Below, piece by piece: positions 10,051 through 19,631 of a stretch of 64,000 nucleotides of DNA. The notes beneath the pieces were generated by a model, which worked only from the letters and a program-made list of their open reading frames with translations, ran no database searches and was not told the origin of the DNA. Each line of letters opens with the position of its first letter. Within the stretch, counting starts at the first letter, position 1. The position numbers and the translations under genes were made by a program. The stretch is from a virus, in the IMG/VR virus record IMGVR_UViG_3300025099_003636, positions 35,620 through 99,619 of that record. One strand, 5' to 3'.

Positions 10051-11151
10051 ATGAAACTAATAATAACACAAAGACAATCTAATCTTCTTATTAAAGAAGC
10101 CATGGGGGTACCCAAACCTATAGAGTTTTGGGTTGACTCTATGTCTTCCTTGGTTAGAGATGGTTTATTAATGTTAGTTTCTTCTGACGACACATCTATT
10201 GATTTTACCGGGGATGAGGTTCAAGAAAAAGTTACTTCTTTAGGGTGGAACACTTCTAATGAAAGTTTTACTAAGTTTCCATTAGCTGAACCTAATTTAA
10301 AGTTAGACTTAGTTATTGTTCCTGATGAAGATGTTAAAATAGGTGATGACTATATAAATAACGCTTCTTTTGATACTGCTGATATGGATATCAAAGAAGC
10401 TACTTTTGATGATGGTGTTACAAGACCTTTATTAGTTGGTGGTACTATTACTCTAGAACTAACTATACCGCAATCTTCATATGATAATGTAAGTTTTGTT
10501 GAATTATTTGATTCAGAAATAAAACCTTATGTTGAGGCTGTTCTATTCCATGAATTAACTCATGTTTATGAATTTTATAACAGATTACTGAATTCTTCCC
10601 TAGACCCTAGTTTCGAGAATATGAGTAGTACAACATCTATGTTAAATAAAATGGGGTTAGTTGATGATTGGGATGAATTAATGTTTTTAGTTTACTTGCA
10701 TTTATCTTTTGAATTAAATGCTCGTGTTTCTGAGGTTTATGGTTTAATTAGAAATAAAAATATAAAGTCTAAAGAAGAGTTTATAGAATTTTTAAAGACT
10801 TCCAGAGCTTTTTCTTACGCTAAAAGATTAAGAAATTTCAAAGCTGATAACTATTATAGTGATTTTGAAGTCCCTCAAGAAACCATAGATAGAGTTAGAG
10901 AGTATGATGGAAAAGAAACACCAATAGATGAAATTAAAGAAATCGTTTTACAACAATTAATTGATAACTGGGTTGTATCTTATAAGAATTTATTAAATGA
11001 TTTTTCAGACGATGAAAATCTATCTATACCCACTTTACCACCAAAGGTAACTTCTTCACCTCAAAAATTTCTTAAGTTCTGGGAGAAAAGATTTAATTCA
11101 GCTGGTGAAGATTCTATCAGAAAAATATCCAAACTTTATTCCTTAATTTAA
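10051..11151 (+). CDS. HExxH zinc-metallopeptidase-like protein with cleavable-type leader
   Basis: Leader MKLIITQRQSNLLIKE|A; VLFHELTHVYE plus downstream ELNAR; TATTTAT at 10039-10045. Confidence 0.55.
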   Translation: MKLIITQRQSNLLIKEAMGVPKPIEFWVDSMSSLVRDGLLMLVSSDDTSIDFTGDEVQEKVTSLGWNTSNESFTKFPLAEPNLKLDLVIVPDEDVKIGDDYINNASFDTADMDIKEATFDDGVTRPLLVGGTITLELTIPQSSYDNVSFVELFDSEIKPYVEAVLFHELTHVYEFYNRLLNSSLDPSFENMSSTTSMLNKMGLVDDWDELMFLVYLHLSFELNARVSEVYGLIRNKNIKSKEEFIEFLKTSRAFSYAKRLRNFKADNYYSDFEVPQETIDRVREYDGKETPIDEIKEIVLQQLIDNWVVSYKNLLNDFSDDENLSIPTLPPKVTSSPQKFLKFWEKRFNSAGEDSIRKISKLYSLI

Positions 11152-11160
11152 TCACTTTCG

Positions 11161-11192
11161 TTTGGTTGCGTAATATTTTTTTCTTATCTTTG
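11161..11192 (+). promoter_or_regulatory. Bacteroidota primary-sigma promoter (-33 TTTG / -7 TATCTTTG)
   Basis: TTTG 11161-11164, TATCTTTG 11185-11192, ATG at 11197. Confidence 0.7.
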
Positions 11193-11196
11193 TAGT

Positions 11197-11697
11197 ATGA
11201 AATTAGAAAAAGCAAGAAATATAGCCCTTAGATTGATGAGAAAACACGGCCTCAATGATTACACTTTTAAGTGGGACAGAGCAGTTCGTAGATTTGGTTG
11301 TCATAATGGTAGATTAAAAACCCTCTCACTTTCTAGACCTATGACTCAACATGAAACTAACGAAAAAAGAGTAATCAATACCATTCTTCATGAAATTGCA
11401 CATGGATTAGATTATAAAAACAGAGGATATTCAAATCATGATGCCGAGTGGAAAAGAGTAGCTAGGTCTATAGGTTGTAGTGGTGAAAGATGTAGTAGTG
11501 GTTCTGGAGTAGACAAATCTCAATTTATGAAGTGGGTGGCTAGTTGTCCTAGTTGTGAAAAAGACGTTTATTACGCAAGAAAAACAAAAGTAGATAAAGC
11601 ATGTGGTAGTTGTTGTAAAAAACATAACAACAACAAATACACATCAAAGTATAAATTTAACTGGGAATTAAATCCTAAAGTTGTAAAATATAGATAA
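11197..11697 (+). CDS. SprT-like zinc metalloprotease
   Basis: RFGC..., TILHEIAH, NHDAEWK, C-terminal CPSC..CGSC zinc ribbon. Confidence 0.85.
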   Translation: MKLEKARNIALRLMRKHGLNDYTFKWDRAVRRFGCHNGRLKTLSLSRPMTQHETNEKRVINTILHEIAHGLDYKNRGYSNHDAEWKRVARSIGCSGERCSSGSGVDKSQFMKWVASCPSCEKDVYYARKTKVDKACGSCCKKHNNNKYTSKYKFNWELNPKVVKYR

Positions 11698-12227
11698 TGG
11701 AAAAATTAAAATACAAAATAAAAAATGGACCAAGGGTAGAATCGGTAAATGAGTTTACCCTTAGTGATAACACTAAAGTAGCCATGTTTCAGGGATTTAG
11801 AGGTTCTTACCCTGACTTAGACTTTATTGTAAAATATAAAGAACCAACAAATAGGTTAAGGACCCCTTCCCACACACATTGGATTGTAGACTTATTAGTT
11901 AAAGCAGAATTTAACAAAGAACTGGTTAGAGACTTCGTTCAGAAGTATTTGGACTTATACGATGTAATGACTCCTTTTGAAACCCAGGAAAGTCGTAACA
12001 ACTACGAACTACAGTATGTGGGAGAGTCTCTAACGGACTTTCAAGGCATAGATGGTTGTGGGTATCTAAGTGTGGAGTTTCTATCTAGTATCTTAGAGTT
12101 ATTCATTTTATGTGAAAAAAGGTCGGACGATGCATTTATGTTTAAAGGTTTATTACAATTAGTAATTGACTTCTGTGATGGTAAAAGAGATTACTATCAA
12201 GTAGTAGGTTACTCTAAAAGAGTTTAA
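11697..12227 (+). CDS. Hypothetical protein
   Basis: 176-aa ORF overlapping the SprT-like stop codon. Confidence 0.6.
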   Translation: MEKLKYKIKNGPRVESVNEFTLSDNTKVAMFQGFRGSYPDLDFIVKYKEPTNRLRTPSHTHWIVDLLVKAEFNKELVRDFVQKYLDLYDVMTPFETQESRNNYELQYVGESLTDFQGIDGCGYLSVEFLSSILELFILCEKRSDDAFMFKGLLQLVIDFCDGKRDYYQVVGYSKRV

Positions 12228-12228
12228 T

Positions 12229-13035
12229 ATGAAAGAAAAATTAAAAGAATTATTATCAATACCAACTAAGACTTGGGAGGAGGAAAGATTAATCAAATAT
12301 CTTATAGGTCATTTCGAAGAAAAGGGTTATAAATATGAAAAAGATGATTTAGGTAATCTGTATGTAACAAAAGGTATTTCCGATTATTTTCCTTTAGTTC
12401 TTGCACACACTGACAGTGTACACGACATTGAGGAGATGGAAGTCAGGGAAGAGTATTTGCCTAACTCACAAGGTGAAAGTAAATTAGCTCTTAAGGCTTA
12501 CACAAAAGAAGATGGTTTACCTACAGGGATAGGTGGTGATGATAAAGCTGGAGTTTTTATATGTTTACAATTACTGGAAAAGTTTGATGTGATTAAAGCT
12601 TTTTTTCCAGTTGCTGAAGAGACTGGATGTCATGGAAGTAGAGGTGCTAATGAAGAGTTTTTTAAGGATGTTGGTTACGCGATACAATTTGACTCTACTG
12701 AAAATGATACCATGTCTCTTTCCTTAATGGGCGTTAAATTATTCGAAGAGAAATCTGAATTTTTTAATAAAACTCGTAACGTAATTTTAGAGCATGGTTT
12801 TACTGAGTGGAGACATCACCCATATACTGACACTATGATTTTAAAAGAAAAGTTTAATTTTGCTTGTTTAAATTTTGCTGCGGGTTATTATAATTACCAC
12901 ACAAGTAATGAATATGTGGTTGTAGAAGACGTAATAAACTCTATAAAATTAGGAGAAAATGTCATAAAAAAATTAGGTAATTATTTTTATGAATTTAAAC
13001 CGGTTCAAGAAAAGTCTAGTTCTTGGTGGGGGTAA
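12229..13035 (+). CDS. M20/M28-clan metallopeptidase
   Basis: AHTDSVH, GGDDKAG, AEETGC, IQFD, YHTSNE zinc-ligand motifs. Confidence 0.8.
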   Translation: MKEKLKELLSIPTKTWEEERLIKYLIGHFEEKGYKYEKDDLGNLYVTKGISDYFPLVLAHTDSVHDIEEMEVREEYLPNSQGESKLALKAYTKEDGLPTGIGGDDKAGVFICLQLLEKFDVIKAFFPVAEETGCHGSRGANEEFFKDVGYAIQFDSTENDTMSLSLMGVKLFEEKSEFFNKTRNVILEHGFTEWRHHPYTDTMILKEKFNFACLNFAAGYYNYHTSNEYVVVEDVINSIKLGENVIKKLGNYFYEFKPVQEKSSSWWG

Positions 13036-13588
13036 TAAGTGACTCCAACCAATCCGCAACAGGATTATAAATAAAAGTTTCTGAATTGTTAAATATTTGC
13101 CTAAAGTCTTCATACTCAGCATGATTCCTTCTTGGGTTTGATTTATACTCTATCGTAGGATATAAACCTATTTTTTCCACTTCCATAACCATATTTCTAA
13201 TAGTATCTTCTAGTTGTCTTACTTGTAATTTTTTCCAAATACCATCATAATTAAGTTCTGGAGATGTTCTATGTATTTGGTCTAGTATTATTGTTTTCCA
13301 ATTATTATCTAAATAATTTATTAAATAAAAATCTTTTTTTTCTTTTATTTTTTCTAAACTCAAAGTTAACTCTTGTTCTTTTATAGGTAATTTAATACTT
13401 ATATTTTCTAACACATTTAGTGTTTTTGGGTTCCAACTGGAGTCTTTATTAACAAAATGTAACATTGTAGCTGTTTTCTTATCAACCTCTAATATATTAC
13501 TTATATTTGTTATTTGAATTAAAGTATCATCACTAGAATTTTCTATTATTCTATCTACCCTATCTAATATTTTAGTTAATTCACTCAC
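13016..13588 (-). CDS. Hypothetical protein with class-B-like leader
   Basis: MSELTKILDRVDRIIE|N; sense TATTTATA at 13602-13609. Confidence 0.55.
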   Translation of the reverse strand: MSELTKILDRVDRIIENSSDDTLIQITNISNILEVDKKTATMLHFVNKDSSWNPKTLNVLENISIKLPIKEQELTLSLEKIKEKKDFYLINYLDNNWKTIILDQIHRTSPELNYDGIWKKLQVRQLEDTIRNMVMEVEKIGLYPTIEYKSNPRRNHAEYEDFRQIFNNSETFIYNPVADWLESLITPTKN

Positions 13589-13666
13589 TTTATCTTTTTA
13601 TTATAAATATTTTGTTTTGTACAATAATTTACATATATTTGTACTATATATAAATAAATAAATATT

Positions 13667-13855
13667 ATGCCAAAATCGAGAAATAGAAAAAACCACAGTA
13701 AGAAAGTTGCTGCTAGAAATCAAAGACTTAAACAAGAACAAAATGCTCTTAGTAAACAAATGGAATTAATGAAAGAAGAGTATATCAAAAAAATGGCTGA
13801 AGAAGCTAAAGAAAAAGAAGTCGATGCGGGTGAAGTACCTTTAACATTGGGTTAA
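13667..13855 (+). CDS. Small basic/coiled-coil hypothetical protein upstream of tmRNA
   Basis: 62 aa MPKSRNRKNH...; TATATTTG promoter box upstream (~13644-13651). Confidence 0.6.
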   Translation: MPKSRNRKNHSKKVAARNQRLKQEQNALSKQMELMKEEYIKKMAEEAKEKEVDAGEVPLTLG

Positions 13856-13860
13856 CATAT

Positions 13861-14271
13861 GGGGGTGACTGGAATTGATTGGCATCAGTCGATTAGTGTC
13901 AGCACGTCAAGCCTGAATTAAGCTTGTAAAACTGATTCATTTTTTTAACTGGCAAAACAATTGCTAAGTTGGTGACTTTAGGACTTGTCCGTGAGGAGTC
14001 AACAGTGGCTGTAGCGTAACTAAGTTACGACATAGCTCCATCTCTTCTAAAGAATTTAAGATTTGTGTCTTTAGTTTTTGGGGTGTCAAATAGACAAATC
14101 GAACCCGGTAACGTTTTCCACCGGTATGATGTATAGGGGGACTTGGGACTGATTTGAAGGTTGTTTATTCTATAGAATTAAGTCCGACAACAAAAGAATA
14201 AACTAAACGTGTAGGATAGACGTTAGTAGAAGATGAACAAGACGTGGGTTCGAAACCCACCACCTCCACCA
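13861..14271 (+). ncRNA. ssrA: tmRNA (SsrA)
   Basis: GGGGGTG (13861-67) pairs with CACCTCC (14261-67) including G3.U70; T-arm GTGGG-TTCGAAA-CCCAC; ACCA end; internal tag frame after TAACT at 13951-14019. Confidence 0.93.
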
Positions 14272-14276
14272 AAAAG

Positions 14277-14298
14277 AAAAGGACCATTAGGTCCTTTT
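14277..14298. terminator. Bidirectional intrinsic terminator
   Basis: AAAAGGACC-ATTA-GGTCCTTTT between convergent tmRNA and CDS. Confidence 0.8.
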
Positions 14299-14299
14299 T

Positions 14300-15511
14300 T
14301 TATTTTAATAATTTTGCTAACCCTATTGGTTCTTTTCTTAATACACTTATTAAACCTTCATTAATTGTATTAACTATTGTACCTTCAGAATCAATATCAA
14401 AAGGTATGTTATTTATATATTTTTTGATACCATTTATATATTTTTTAGGTATACTACCTCCTAGGTTAGTTGAAATTCTCTTTCTTATGACGTTTGGACT
14501 AAATTGTATGTTGAAGTCGTCGAATAAAGGTGCTGACATTGATGCTCCACTAAAAAATCCTAAGTACTCACCACCTGGACTTTTCATTAACATATCACTT
14601 TTTTTCCTGTCACCTTTAGATGCGGAACTTAAAGAATAACCTCTATATTCTAATATTGTTAATGCTTTTGCTAAATCTTCAATATAACTAGAATCAACGT
14701 CTTCACCATAAAAACCTTTTTCTGTACTTATTCTAAAATCTGGATATGTTTGGTTTAAACTGGCTATAACTTCTAAAGCTCTTTCGTATATTGCATCATA
14801 TGTCCTATCAAATTTAGCTTTACTTGTAGCATACCCTTTTATTATCTGTGTACCTTTTATACATCTACCAATATCACCACAATCGTCAGTCACACAAAAA
14901 CAAAATTCATTTTCTAGTTCAACTTCTTTTTCAAATTCACATCTAGACTTTACTGTAGCTTCTGAATTATAGTTAACAGCATCTGGGTCCATACAACCCT
15001 TTATTTCTTCAATTGGTGCGACAACACCTTTATCATCAGCAACACAACCACAGTTACTATCACTCCACCTTACAAGTTCACCCCCACTTTTTCTTTCAGA
15101 ACACTTTTTAACCTCATCATCATAATCTGAACCTAACTTTTTTTTACATTTTTCTTTAGCTGATTTTGGTTTTACTACGTTATTATCACAAGCTGTTTTT
15201 AATTTTTCAACATAAGAACTAATGTCAGTATCGAACCAAACAGATTTTTTTATAATATCGACTAAAGTGTTGTAAATTTCACATAGGTCTTCAGCTACTT
15301 TAGGTCCCTTAGAAGCTTCACCAATTTTTTTTATTGCCTTATTAATAGTATCTCCCTTAGAAAAATGATTACCTTTCTCATTAAGTTTTAAATGTTTACC
15401 AATATTATTATATGGGGCATTTTTATTTACTCCCGCAATGTTTTCGGTTTTGGTTAATAAAAAATCTTTATTACCTTTACAACATTCTAAATTTCCTAAC
15501 TTTTCAGCCAT
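14300..15511 (-). CDS. Cys-containing hypothetical protein with GCxD..A.NY module and conserved C-terminal trailer
   Basis: GCMDPDAVNYNSEATV; ends TINE|GLISVLRKEPIGLAKLLK. Confidence 0.6.
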   Translation of the reverse strand: MAEKLGNLECCKGNKDFLLTKTENIAGVNKNAPYNNIGKHLKLNEKGNHFSKGDTINKAIKKIGEASKGPKVAEDLCEIYNTLVDIIKKSVWFDTDISSYVEKLKTACDNNVVKPKSAKEKCKKKLGSDYDDEVKKCSERKSGGELVRWSDSNCGCVADDKGVVAPIEEIKGCMDPDAVNYNSEATVKSRCEFEKEVELENEFCFCVTDDCGDIGRCIKGTQIIKGYATSKAKFDRTYDAIYERALEVIASLNQTYPDFRISTEKGFYGEDVDSSYIEDLAKALTILEYRGYSLSSASKGDRKKSDMLMKSPGGEYLGFFSGASMSAPLFDDFNIQFSPNVIRKRISTNLGGSIPKKYINGIKKYINNIPFDIDSEGTIVNTINEGLISVLRKEPIGLAKLLK

Positions 15512-15512
15512 T

Positions 15513-17798
15513 TTATTTGTTCTTTAAAATATTTATTAACCCTTCTGTTATATTTGGTAATGGATTTCTGCTAGTGTCACTTTCTTTATTCATTCCTTTT
15601 ATTTTATTTTTTACACCTTCTATACCACCGTCTTGGAATGCTTCATATAATTCATTTACTATGTTTGTGAAGTCGTCTTTTAACTCTTGTACTTTTGCTC
15701 CACTTCTTTTACCTATATCTGGATTATTTTCATCTGTGGTAAAATAAGGTTTTTCACATTTATTAGAAGGAATCCCATAACATTGTCCTTTATTAAACTC
15801 TTCTGATGATAGACCATCTAACCAGGTTTGAAAATCCTCAGCAGCCCAGTCATTATCTTCGGTTCCGTATGGTGAATATGTTTTGTACTTAGTAATTCTT
15901 TCTAGATTATCAGCACTAATTAACGCGTTAGGTTTATATCTAGAGTAAACCAATTCTTCATTTTCATTATATCTTTTTGGTGCGTATTGTGGCCAAAATT
16001 CTACTAACGCATCTGTAACATCAAGTAAATCATCATCAGCTGCTTCAGAACCAATTAACCATTCTTTATCAGCAACAACATCAAACACATCTTGTCTGGT
16101 GGTAAACACCCAATTAAGGAGTGTTGAAACACCTGGGAGAACTTTAGCGTTCATTAAACTTAAATTATCCATTAATTTTTCGTCACCAAGTCTATTATAA
16201 AAATAAGTTACTTGTGACATAGCAAGTACAGAAGGTACTTTTTTTATCACAGCTATAATAGAATTATCAGCTACACCTGTAAAAAGTTTTAATGCACCTA
16301 CATCAGGTACGTTATCATAAGACATATCATCTATGACGGTTTGTAAAAATTCCTCTCGTTTATTATTTGGGATTTCGTCTATACTTGTTGCTGCTTGACC
16401 GGACCCGTCTTTATTGTTGTACTTTCCAATGTAATCATTAAGGTTATTTAACTCATTTAAATCTCTAAATAACATCCACCCTTGTAGGTATCCATATAGT
16501 TTTTTTGCAAAAGCTTCTGCTTCCGTATCTGATAAACCACCTCTATCAAAAACAATTTGTTTATTTCCTTTAAATTTTTGATAAAATTTTTCAGTTAAAC
16601 CAGCTATAGATTTTTGACTAGCTGTTAGTTCTTGGAATTTTTGTACTATAAAATCTAATAGTAAACCTAAACTAACTGCACCAATTGTATAATACCACCC
16701 TTTTGCGGTTTTTGGTATTATTTTAAGTAGTGTACCACCTACAGTTACAGATTTTAATTTTTGTCTCAACGCAGTAACTAACTCATCCGTGGCATTTCTT
16801 TCTCCCCCTAACAAAAATTTAAGTTCCTTATCTGTTATTGTACCATTTTTAACTTGTCTACGTAATTGTCCTGTAGAATGCTTCTGGAGTAGTTCTATTA
16901 TCTCCTTTTGTTGGTCTGACCTTAATAATATACCAATAATGTCATCCATCACTTGAGGCGGAATCACTCTTTGTCTTGCAATTGACTGTGCTACTTGTGC
17001 TACCAAATCCTCCACACTCATCGGTAACCTGACTTGTGTTTGTTGGCTCGCTAATATTTTTAATTCATCTAATAATTTAGATAATGAAGGGTTATCTAAA
17101 TTATTCATCCAATCTCTTAGTGCTTTTTGTTTTACACCATTACTACCAGTAAAGGCTTTTTTAAATAAAAGGTCTTTTATTCCTTTTGTCCACTGCATTA
17201 CTAATGTATCGTCGGTTATGCCTTGTAATGCATTAGTAGGTGTGGTTGGTCCAGTATCAGTTTTTGTTTTTACGTCATCAGTTTTTACATTTACGTCATC
17301 AGTTTTTACTTTTGTCTTCTCTGATGTTTCTTTTGCAACCTTTTTTTCCAGAGCTTTAAGTTCAGCTCCAAGTGATACTCTGAAAGATGAACCATCTGCT
17401 AATCTTTCCGGTAGTTTAGCTATAAGTTCGTCTAGTTTAGCACCTTTTAACTTACCCGAAGTAACACTCTCCAGTATTCTTTTTAATATGCTCGCATTAA
17501 AACTGACACCACTATCAGCTACAATCTTTTGAGTTCCTTTAATTGTTTGTGTGTTAACATCTTTAGCTAATCTTCTAAATATGTTGTCTATTTTTTTACT
17601 GGATGTCCTACTCAATAATTGTGATATTCTATTAGATAGTTGTTCGGCCGCTTCTTTTGATAGGTTTTTACCAAAAATTTTGCTTAGATATTCGGTGAAC
17701 TCTCTTGATAATTGTTCATTTAGTGGTGTGTCTATTCTTGGTTTAAGCCCCATTATTTGACGAGCTCTATCTATTTCTGTTATAAGTGTATTAATCAT
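15513..17798 (-). CDS. Large leader-bearing protein, one TM segment, possible annexin-like repeat
   Basis: Leader LITEIDRARQIMGL..PLNE|Q; hydrophobic WYYTIGAVSLGLLLDFIV; ends NITE|GLINILKNK. Confidence 0.6.
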   Translation of the reverse strand: MINTLITEIDRARQIMGLKPRIDTPLNEQLSREFTEYLSKIFGKNLSKEAAEQLSNRISQLLSRTSSKKIDNIFRRLAKDVNTQTIKGTQKIVADSGVSFNASILKRILESVTSGKLKGAKLDELIAKLPERLADGSSFRVSLGAELKALEKKVAKETSEKTKVKTDDVNVKTDDVKTKTDTGPTTPTNALQGITDDTLVMQWTKGIKDLLFKKAFTGSNGVKQKALRDWMNNLDNPSLSKLLDELKILASQQTQVRLPMSVEDLVAQVAQSIARQRVIPPQVMDDIIGILLRSDQQKEIIELLQKHSTGQLRRQVKNGTITDKELKFLLGGERNATDELVTALRQKLKSVTVGGTLLKIIPKTAKGWYYTIGAVSLGLLLDFIVQKFQELTASQKSIAGLTEKFYQKFKGNKQIVFDRGGLSDTEAEAFAKKLYGYLQGWMLFRDLNELNNLNDYIGKYNNKDGSGQAATSIDEIPNNKREEFLQTVIDDMSYDNVPDVGALKLFTGVADNSIIAVIKKVPSVLAMSQVTYFYNRLGDEKLMDNLSLMNAKVLPGVSTLLNWVFTTRQDVFDVVADKEWLIGSEAADDDLLDVTDALVEFWPQYAPKRYNENEELVYSRYKPNALISADNLERITKYKTYSPYGTEDNDWAAEDFQTWLDGLSSEEFNKGQCYGIPSNKCEKPYFTTDENNPDIGKRSGAKVQELKDDFTNIVNELYEAFQDGGIEGVKNKIKGMNKESDTSRNPLPNITEGLINILKNK

Positions 17799-17808
17799 AA
17801 TTATTTTT

Positions 17809-18261
17809 TTACCACAAAGGGTTAGCTTTCCCTCTACTTGTTTGGTAGGAGTCTGCCCATTTACTATTTATTATTTGGTTTGCCATTCCTCTAGTTATTC
17901 CTGTTTCCCATACTCCAAGTGATGCTGTACCAGCTCCTGCACCATCATCTGATTCTCCAGACTCTGTTCCCGCATCTTGTTCCATAAATTCACCTGGTGC
18001 ATAACTATCTTCTGGTCCGTCACTATAAAAGTCATACGCTGAATTTTCTTTAGAGTAGTTGGTTTCTGGTTCAGTAAATCCTTCCCCCTCTAATTCTGGT
18101 TCAGAACCTAAAGCTCCTTTACTTGTAAAACTATACTCACTTGCACCATCTGTATCGGCATAACCACCTTGTAGACCGGACATAATATCTTCATTTAATG
18201 GGTTACCATCAAACATTATTTCCTTAACTCTATCTATATTTTCTTGTAACGAATCACACAT
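17809..18261 (-). CDS. Acidic Gly-rich leader-bearing protein
   Basis: LQENIDRVKEIMFDGNPLNE|D; TATTTATA at 18272-18279. Confidence 0.6.
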   Translation of the reverse strand: MCDSLQENIDRVKEIMFDGNPLNEDIMSGLQGGYADTDGASEYSFTSKGALGSEPELEGEGFTEPETNYSKENSAYDFYSDGPEDSYAPGEFMEQDAGTESGESDDGAGAGTASLGVWETGITRGMANQIINSKWADSYQTSRGKANPLW

Positions 18262-18290
18262 ATGTATACTATATAAATATAAATACCGAA

Positions 18291-18312
18291 AAAGGTGGAA
18301 TAATCCACCTTT
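18291..18312. terminator. Intrinsic terminator
   Basis: AAAGGTGGA-ATAA-TCCACCTTT. Confidence 0.7.
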
Positions 18313-18315
18313 AAA

Positions 18316-18597
18316 TCAATAATTCAACACCTGTCTATTTTGGTTTACATATATAGATAAACCTTCTTTAAGTTGTGATTCATCTATGTCGTTTTTTAAT
18401 GTGATAATTTCCATTCCTTCATCACCCTCATCAAACCATTCTCTTTCGTTAAAAAGGTCACACACCACTTCTAACTCTTCCATAGGTATTTCTAATTCAT
18501 GTTCACCACACATGTCATCTTCACATAGTGTGAATTCCACAAATATTGTTGCTCTATCATTATATATAAAGTGGGAGTGTATTTCTTCAATAACCAT
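18316..18597 (-). CDS. Small acidic hypothetical protein
   Basis: 93-aa ORF. Confidence 0.55.
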   Translation of the reverse strand: MVIEEIHSHFIYNDRATIFVEFTLCEDDMCGEHELEIPMEELEVVCDLFNEREWFDEGDEGMEIITLKNDIDESQLKEGLSIYVNQNRQVLNY

Positions 18598-18639
18598 AAT
18601 ATCTTTTTTAGATTAAATATATGGTATTAAAGAAAAGTC

Positions 18640-19053
18640 TTACAGTCTACGTGATTTTAACCAAAATATTTCTCTACCTGCTCTAGTTTCTAAGGCTCTT
18701 AATTTTTGTTTAGATTTTTTTAAATCTAATTCTGGGGATTTTTCTAAATCACCCATCAAAAATGATGTAAACTCTAAAACATCAGCATTTAACTCTTCTA
18801 CGTATTGTACTCTATCTTGTAATTGTTCTATTTGGTCTTGTTGTAAAGCAACAATTTCTTCAGGTGATAAAAGTTTTTCTAACTCATCTTCAATGCCTTC
18901 AATATCATCTTCAGCATCATAAATGTCATTATCAGTATTAATCATATTAGCTTGGTCCAAAACTCTAAGAACCTCATCATCAGCAGTTTCTTGTTCAAGT
19001 ATATTTTTAAGTACTTTGGTTAACTGTTCTTCAGAAATTTTAATTTTTTTCAT
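18640..19053 (-). CDS. Class-A leader-bearing coiled-coil protein
   Basis: MKKIKISEEQLTKVLKNILE|Q; TATTTATA at 19067-19074. Confidence 0.65.
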   Translation of the reverse strand: MKKIKISEEQLTKVLKNILEQETADDEVLRVLDQANMINTDNDIYDAEDDIEGIEDELEKLLSPEEIVALQQDQIEQLQDRVQYVEELNADVLEFTSFLMGDLEKSPELDLKKSKQKLRALETRAGREIFWLKSRRL

Positions 19054-19097
19054 TTTTTGTTTTTATTATAAATATATCCTAATATTTATTTGGTTGA

Positions 19098-19286
19098 GTG
19101 GTAAAAATTTTTTATTTTTGTTGTGTGAAAGAAAAACTTAAAAAATACAAGTTAGTTGGTGTTAGTCTGTCGGACCACGAAAAATCTGTTAAAGTAGGCA
19201 AACTTAAACAGAAGGGTTTAGCAGAAGACGCTTACTGGAGTATGGGAAAATCATATTACTGGATAAAAAGAGGTAATAAAATATAA
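19098..19286 (+). CDS. Small basic hypothetical protein (start uncertain)
   Basis: Fills the gap before 19300; likely GTG start near 19125. Confidence 0.4.
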   Translation: MVKIFYFCCVKEKLKKYKLVGVSLSDHEKSVKVGKLKQKGLAEDAYWSMGKSYYWIKRGNKI

Positions 19287-19299
19287 AATAAATACTATT

Positions 19300-19494
19300 A
19301 TGGGACATTGGGAAGACTTTTGGTGGGAAACCAGCCAATCTATAAAAGAAAAAGGTTTAGAAAAAGAATTTGATGCTCAATTAAAGAAAATGAGTAGTCA
19401 AGATAAACATAAATATAAAGATACACGTTCTAGGTGGTCTTATGCTTTAAATAAAGTACTTCAAAATAACGATAAAAAAATAAAATCTAGTTAA
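19300..19494 (+). CDS. Small hypothetical protein
   Basis: 64-aa ORF followed by terminator. Confidence 0.55.
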   Translation: MGHWEDFWWETSQSIKEKGLEKEFDAQLKKMSSQDKHKYKDTRSRWSYALNKVLQNNDKKIKSS

Positions 19495-19497
19495 TAA

Positions 19498-19525
19498 AAA
19501 AACCCTGACCGTCGTCAGGGTTTTT
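19498..19525. terminator. Bidirectional intrinsic terminator
   Basis: AAAAACCCTGAC-CGTC-GTCAGGGTTTTT. Confidence 0.8.
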
Positions 19526-19631
19526 GCAACTCTTAAATAATTTAAACTCCGTAATTAGTTTCCATCTTTTGGTTGCGGGAAAAAACTTTCACTAATTTGC
19601 AACCGGTTTAATTATTTAACCTTTTGTCTTG

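Noticed and set aside
14244-14639. Plus-strand 131-aa ORF starting in the tmRNA 3-prime end
   Set aside because: Overlaps the tmRNA T-arm, a terminator and the antisense of a long CDS; shadow frame
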